From a candidate division FCPU426 bacterium (GTDB lineage Bacteria; Oederibacteriota; Muellerivitia; Muellerivitales; Muellerivitaceae), in contig CAWCKJ010000004.1 of assembly GCA_963796105.1 (NCBI GenBank), positions 672,001-736,000 on the forward strand: a stretch of DNA of 64,000 nt, read 5' to 3'. A program made the position numbers and the translations under genes. Numbering within the stretch: the stretch's first letter is position 1; every line of letters starts with the position of its first letter. Of the stretch, positions 59,878 to 64,000 are shown one piece after another. The notes under the pieces were generated by a model. It ran no database searches and was not told where the DNA came from. It saw nothing but the letters and a program-made list of their open reading frames with translations.

Positions 59878-59924
59878 TCTTTCGTCCTTTGCTTTAAGTC
59901 GGCTTCAACGGATACAATAAAGCA

Positions 59925-60623
59925 ATGAAACCACCGGCTTTCCGGAACTTGAAATTCCTGCCTTTGGGCCCCAGCCCCGCAAGGGTTGGCGCTTTCCATC
60001 TCGCGGATTTTCCGGGTTTTTCCGCCGAGGACTTGAGATCCCTGGAGCTTTTTTATTCCTCCCAACTTTCCCGCTACCAGTCCCCCGAACAGCGGGTGGG
60101 GTGGCAGACGCAGGAAAGCCAGCGGGTTCGTTTCGAGGCGCTTTCTTCCGTCGCCCCCCTGACGGGAAGCAAAATCCTGGATTTGGGCTGCGGCTTGGGA
60201 GCCTTTTGGGGTTATCTGAAGGAAAAAAGCTTGTCCTTGGATTATACAGGAGTCGATCTTTTTCCCAACGTGATCCGGGAAGCCAGGCAATATTATCCTG
60301 ACGCGAGGTTTGAATCCCGGGTGATCCTCTCCAAACCTTTTCCGGTGAGGACTTTTGATTATTCCTTCCTGTCGGGGGTCTTCAATGTGCGGGTATGGGA
60401 CAATTGGAAATACATGAGGGAGCTTCTTTCCTGCGTCCTGAGGCAAACGAAAAGAGCCGTGGCTTTCAACGTCTTGAACGCCGAGGCGGGATTGCGCGAA
60501 CCGGACCGCTTCACGGCTCGGGCGCGGGACCTGGCCTCCCTCGGGCGGAGGCTGGGAGTCTCAAGAGTCCACCTCTTGGATCATTACCACCCCCTGGACC
60601 TGACCCTGTTCCTCTACAAATAG
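59925..60623 (+). CDS. Class I SAM-dependent methyltransferase
   Basis: SQRVRF, ILDLGCGLG, YTGVD, FDY..LSGVFN. Confidence 0.9.
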   Translation: MKPPAFRNLKFLPLGPSPARVGAFHLADFPGFSAEDLRSLELFYSSQLSRYQSPEQRVGWQTQESQRVRFEALSSVAPLTGSKILDLGCGLGAFWGYLKEKSLSLDYTGVDLFPNVIREARQYYPDARFESRVILSKPFPVRTFDYSFLSGVFNVRVWDNWKYMRELLSCVLRQTKRAVAFNVLNAEAGLREPDRFTARARDLASLGRRLGVSRVHLLDHYHPLDLTLFLYK

Positions 60624-60671
60624 TCCTAAAAATAGCTGGAAATAAACGGAGGGGTTTTCTACACTCGGCCT

Positions 60672-61496
60672 ATGACTTCAAACACCCCTCAACGCATAGT
60701 CTCTTTCGCCCCTCCCGTGACTGAGATCCTTTCCTTTTTAGGCCTGGAGGAGCGGGTCACCGCGGTTCCCGAGTTTTTCGAGAACCTCCCGCCCGTGTCC
60801 GACCGCCAAAAACCCGAGTACTGGTTTTCCATGGGCGTGAAGCGGGCCAAAAGCCTTTGGGCGGACCTGGTTTTGACCTATTCCATCGCCCAATTGGATC
60901 TCCACAACCGCCTGAAGGAAAACGGGTTGAACGCCTTTCACCTGGATATCCGCTGTCTGCGGGACGCCGAGGAAGCCTTTCATTTGATAGGAAAGGTCAC
61001 CGGCACCCAGGAACGGGCCCGCCAATTGGCGGGTGATTTCACGGGCGGACTCGCCGCCCTCAGGGACAAGGTGCCGCCCGGCGGCTACCGGCCCAAGCTC
61101 TATTGCGAGGAATGGAACAAGCCCCCCACCGTCGCGGGCAGTTATTGGCCTGAACTCATGGCCGAGGCCGGGGCCCATTATTTTCCTATCCTGCCCCGCG
61201 AGATCAGCCGTCCGGTCAAGATTGAGGAACTCGTGCATTTTGATCCAGAAATCATCGTTTTCTCCATATACAGTGCCGGGCTGGATTTCAATCCCGAGGA
61301 AGCCCTGAAGCGGATCGGCTGGGAGAGACTGACCGCTGTCAAAAAACGAAGTGTTTTCAGTGTGGATTCCTCGCTTCTGAACCAGCCTGGACCCCGCCTC
61401 ATCGAAGGAGTTAAACCCATCCAAACCATCATTGGGGAAACTTACTGGGGCTGGCCTCTTACTAAATCCGGGCAAATACGCAGGGTCATAAGTTAG
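60672..61496 (+). CDS. BtuF-like helical-backbone substrate-binding protein
   Basis: PQRIVSFAPPVTEIL..LG, EEW..P, DPEII, NQPGPRL; no obvious signal peptide. Confidence 0.85.
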   Translation: MTSNTPQRIVSFAPPVTEILSFLGLEERVTAVPEFFENLPPVSDRQKPEYWFSMGVKRAKSLWADLVLTYSIAQLDLHNRLKENGLNAFHLDIRCLRDAEEAFHLIGKVTGTQERARQLAGDFTGGLAALRDKVPPGGYRPKLYCEEWNKPPTVAGSYWPELMAEAGAHYFPILPREISRPVKIEELVHFDPEIIVFSIYSAGLDFNPEEALKRIGWERLTAVKKRSVFSVDSSLLNQPGPRLIEGVKPIQTIIGETYWGWPLTKSGQIRRVIS

Positions 61497-61729
61497 CGGT
61501 ACGTTTTTGTGCAAATTCCCTGTTACAGCGTCATGTTTCTATTGTTAACTTGAAGGTTTCATTGAAAAATCCCATCGAAGATGGGTTTTTCAACACTTCC
61601 AACTTTCTTTCTGACAAGATACTTGATCATTCCCTCCCCATGAGGAACCCTGGATTTTTCCGGTGAGCCGAGATAAATTAATGCAATGAAAACCTTTACC
61701 TTTAAATTTTCACAGAGTAAAGAGTCCCA

Positions 61730-62407
61730 ATGATCGATCCGCCCTCTTCATCCCCACTCTCTGACGATGCCCTTTTTTCCGAGCAATTGGAGCAGGAGAT
61801 GCCTTCCTCAAAGGAACTTTTCGAATTCCTCAAGGATTTCCTGACCCGAAGATGCAACCTGCCCGCGGAGCCGGTGAATTGGGAACCGGAGGGACTCGCT
61901 GACTTGCCCCTCGAAAAGAGCATCCTGTTTTCGGAGCCTTTCCCGGGACTTTTGGCGGTCCGTTCCGACCGGAGGTTCGATGACTTCCTGGAGGAAAGCG
62001 CCCATTCCGGCAAGCTTCCCCCGGTCCGGAGGGATGTTTTCCTTGAAATGACCGTCTTGATCTGGCATTTTTTCATCCAGAAATTCTGGAAATTGGACAG
62101 CCGAAAGATCACTCCCGCCAGCATCCAGTCCAGCGTGCCCATTCAATGGCCGGACCGGCAACCCCAATCAGCCTGCATGGCCTTCGTCAAGTCCCATCCT
62201 TTTGAGATGCGGTTGTGGAACCGCCTGACGGAGGAGGAGATCCGCCGCTGGAAAAAGAAGAATCTAACCCGAATTTCACCCATTTCAGGTGATAAAACCC
62301 TCAAGTCCTGTCGATCCTTCTTTTTCTTTGTTAAAATAATCCCCTCTTATTCCAAAACAGGACAAAGCCATTGGCCCTTTCAACCCCTAAAACCCCTGAA
62401 CACTTGA
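61730..62407 (+). CDS. Hypothetical protein (3' end uncertain)
   Basis: Protein-like to about residue 180; the tail runs into the next gene. Confidence 0.6.
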   Translation: MIDPPSSSPLSDDALFSEQLEQEMPSSKELFEFLKDFLTRRCNLPAEPVNWEPEGLADLPLEKSILFSEPFPGLLAVRSDRRFDDFLEESAHSGKLPPVRRDVFLEMTVLIWHFFIQKFWKLDSRKITPASIQSSVPIQWPDRQPQSACMAFVKSHPFEMRLWNRLTEEEIRRWKKKNLTRISPISGDKTLKSCRSFFFFVKIIPSYSKTGQSHWPFQPLKPLNT

Positions 62408-64000
62408 ATCCTTTGGTTTTCCGTTTCCAGGATTTGATCGACAGTTCCGAGGACGGTGTCATCGCTTTTGACAGCGAATGCCGTTACACCCTCTGGAATC
62501 CCGCCATGGAGGCATTCACGGGTTATTCCCGGGACGAGGTCGTCGGGAAAATAGCCTTTGAGATCTTCCCCTACTTGAAGACCATGGGACTGGACAATCC
62601 CTTTTATGAGGCTTTGAAGGGAAACACCGTCGAGGTCAAGGAAACCTACTTCAAAAATGAAAGGGGCAAGGAGGTTTACCTGGAATCCAGGAATTTCCCC
62701 ATCCGAAGCGCCTCAGGAGAGGTGGTGGGAGGCTTCGCCATCATCCATAACGTCACATCCCGGAAAAAAACCGAGGAGGCCCTGAGGAAAAGCGAGGATA
62801 AATTCAGGAAGGTGTTTGAGGAAGCCCCCATCCCCATGCTCTTGATGCAACACCGCAAGCTGGTGGAAGTCAACAGGGCCCTTTGCGAAATGCTGGGATA
62901 TATTCCCGGGGACATGTTGGGAAGAATGCTTCACGACTTTATCCACCCGGACGATCATTCCCAAAGTGACGAGAAGGGCCAAGAACTAGCGGAAGGAAAA
63001 ATCCAACGCTTTCAGATGATGAAGCGCTATCTCCACAAGGACGGCCGTGTGATCTGGGGCAACGCCACCGCGACCGCGCTTCCCGATGGCATGAACGGGC
63101 AACCCATGGCCTTGGCCATGATCGAGGATGTAACGGAGCGGAAAAAATTCCAGGATGCCCTCCAAAGCTCCGAATCCAACCTCCGGGCCGTCTTCAATAG
63201 CGGCGCGCAAATGCTCGCCTTGATCGATAAGGATGGATTCCTGCGCGAGTACAACCACAACGCGGACGAATCGACCCGCCTCATGACCGGCCGGGGCTAC
63301 GAGAAAAACCATCTTTTCCTTGAATATGTCCCGCAGGACCTCCACCGCGCCTTTCAAGAGAGTTTTAAAAGGGTCCTGGAAGGAGAAACTATCACTGTGG
63401 AAAGATGCCTGCCCGACCGGGAAGGAAAACTCAAGTGGTTCGAGTTCACTTACCAGCCCATTCAAGACGGAAACGGCGGGATTACTGGCGTGTGCTTGAC
63501 GGCATTGTTGATTGATGAGCGGCGCCAGGCCCAACAGGCCCTCCAGGAAAGCGAGGAGCGCTACCGCCTCCTGGTGGATGTCCTGCCGGAGGCGGTGGTG
63601 GTGCATTCGGACGGAAAAATACTTTTTATCAACTCCTCGGGCCTCAAGTCCCTGGGGGCCAGCCAGCCTGAGGAAGTGGTGGGAAAATCGATCCTGGAAT
63701 TCCTCCATTTCGATTCCAAGCAAACGGCTCTCGCCCGGATCCGGGAAATCCAGGAGAAGGGCGGCACTCAGGATTTTATTGAGCAAAAAATAGTCCGGCG
63801 GGACGGCCAGGTCCTGGATGTGGAAACCAAGGGCGTCTCCCTCATCTACCAGGGGCGCCCCAGCGTCCTGACCATCATCCGGGATGTCACCGAGCGCAAG
63901 AAGAACCAGACCTTGTTTTTAAGATATGAGCGCTTGGCCGCGGTGGGCAAGGCGATCGCCGCCATCGCCCATGAGGTCCGCAACCCCCTGGCGGTGGTGG
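62371..64000 (+). CDS. Multi-PAS sensor histidine kinase; runs off the window's right edge
   Basis: Manual translation: DGVIAFD...WNPAME..TGY, further PAS repeats (FEEAP..., IHPDD, EERYRLLVD), H-box IAHEVRNPL at the edge; TTG 62371 or 62404 start. Confidence 0.9.
   Translation, partial: MALSTPKTPEHLNPLVFRFQDLIDSSEDGVIAFDSECRYTLWNPAMEAFTGYSRDEVVGKIAFEIFPYLKTMGLDNPFYEALKGNTVEVKETYFKNERGKEVYLESRNFPIRSASGEVVGGFAIIHNVTSRKKTEEALRKSEDKFRKVFEEAPIPMLLMQHRKLVEVNRALCEMLGYIPGDMLGRMLHDFIHPDDHSQSDEKGQELAEGKIQRFQMMKRYLHKDGRVIWGNATATALPDGMNGQPMALAMIEDVTERKKFQDALQSSESNLRAVFNSGAQMLALIDKDGFLREYNHNADESTRLMTGRGYEKNHLFLEYVPQDLHRAFQESFKRVLEGETITVERCLPDREGKLKWFEFTYQPIQDGNGGITGVCLTALLIDERRQAQQALQESEERYRLLVDVLPEAVVVHSDGKILFINSSGLKSLGASQPEEVVGKSILEFLHFDSKQTALARIREIQEKGGTQDFIEQKIVRRDGQVLDVETKGVSLIYQGRPSVLTIIRDVTERKKNQTLFLRYERLAAVGKAIAAIAHEVRNPLAVV

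Noticed and set aside
60624..60671. Cobalamin riboswitch before the BtuF-like gene
   Set aside because: The gap is only ~48 nt and shows no B12-box.

Overview
Bacterial chromosomal window from a diderm organism (lipoproteins, outer-membrane beta-barrels), probably from a poorly characterised lineage; I cannot assign taxonomy securely. GC-rich housekeeping blocks include a beta-oxidation operon (thiolase, FadJ-type multifunctional enzyme, acyl-CoA dehydrogenase), [NiFe]-hydrogenase maturation genes hypF-hypC and hypD-hypE (split by a cyclase-like/STAND/TPR gene and a membrane protein), mscL, a YyaL-type protein and a PAS histidine kinase. There is also a family of Thr/Pro-stalked lipoproteins and secreted proteins. 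Three AT-richer accessory zones (about 2.7-10.7 kb, 44.9-49.5 kb, 51.7-57.6 kb) carry six type II toxin-antitoxin pairs, small orphan genes, a TcmP/DUF5131 pair and an IS1595. The most notable unexplained structures are: (1) a family of TGTCCA...TGGACA-bounded hairpin elements alternating with co-oriented single genes or TA pairs, like an integron cassette array but without attC AAC/GTT boxes or an integrase in view, whose left arm matches a tRNA-Asn-like 3' end and whose ACCGCA-loop hairpin recurs on different stems; (2) a 43-bp double-palindrome tandem array ahead of an HTH/TM gene and TcmP-DUF5131; (3) three copies of the 5' end of a metallopeptidase gene that delimit accreted modules. No complete tRNA/rRNA gene, cas gene or canonical CRISPR array was seen.
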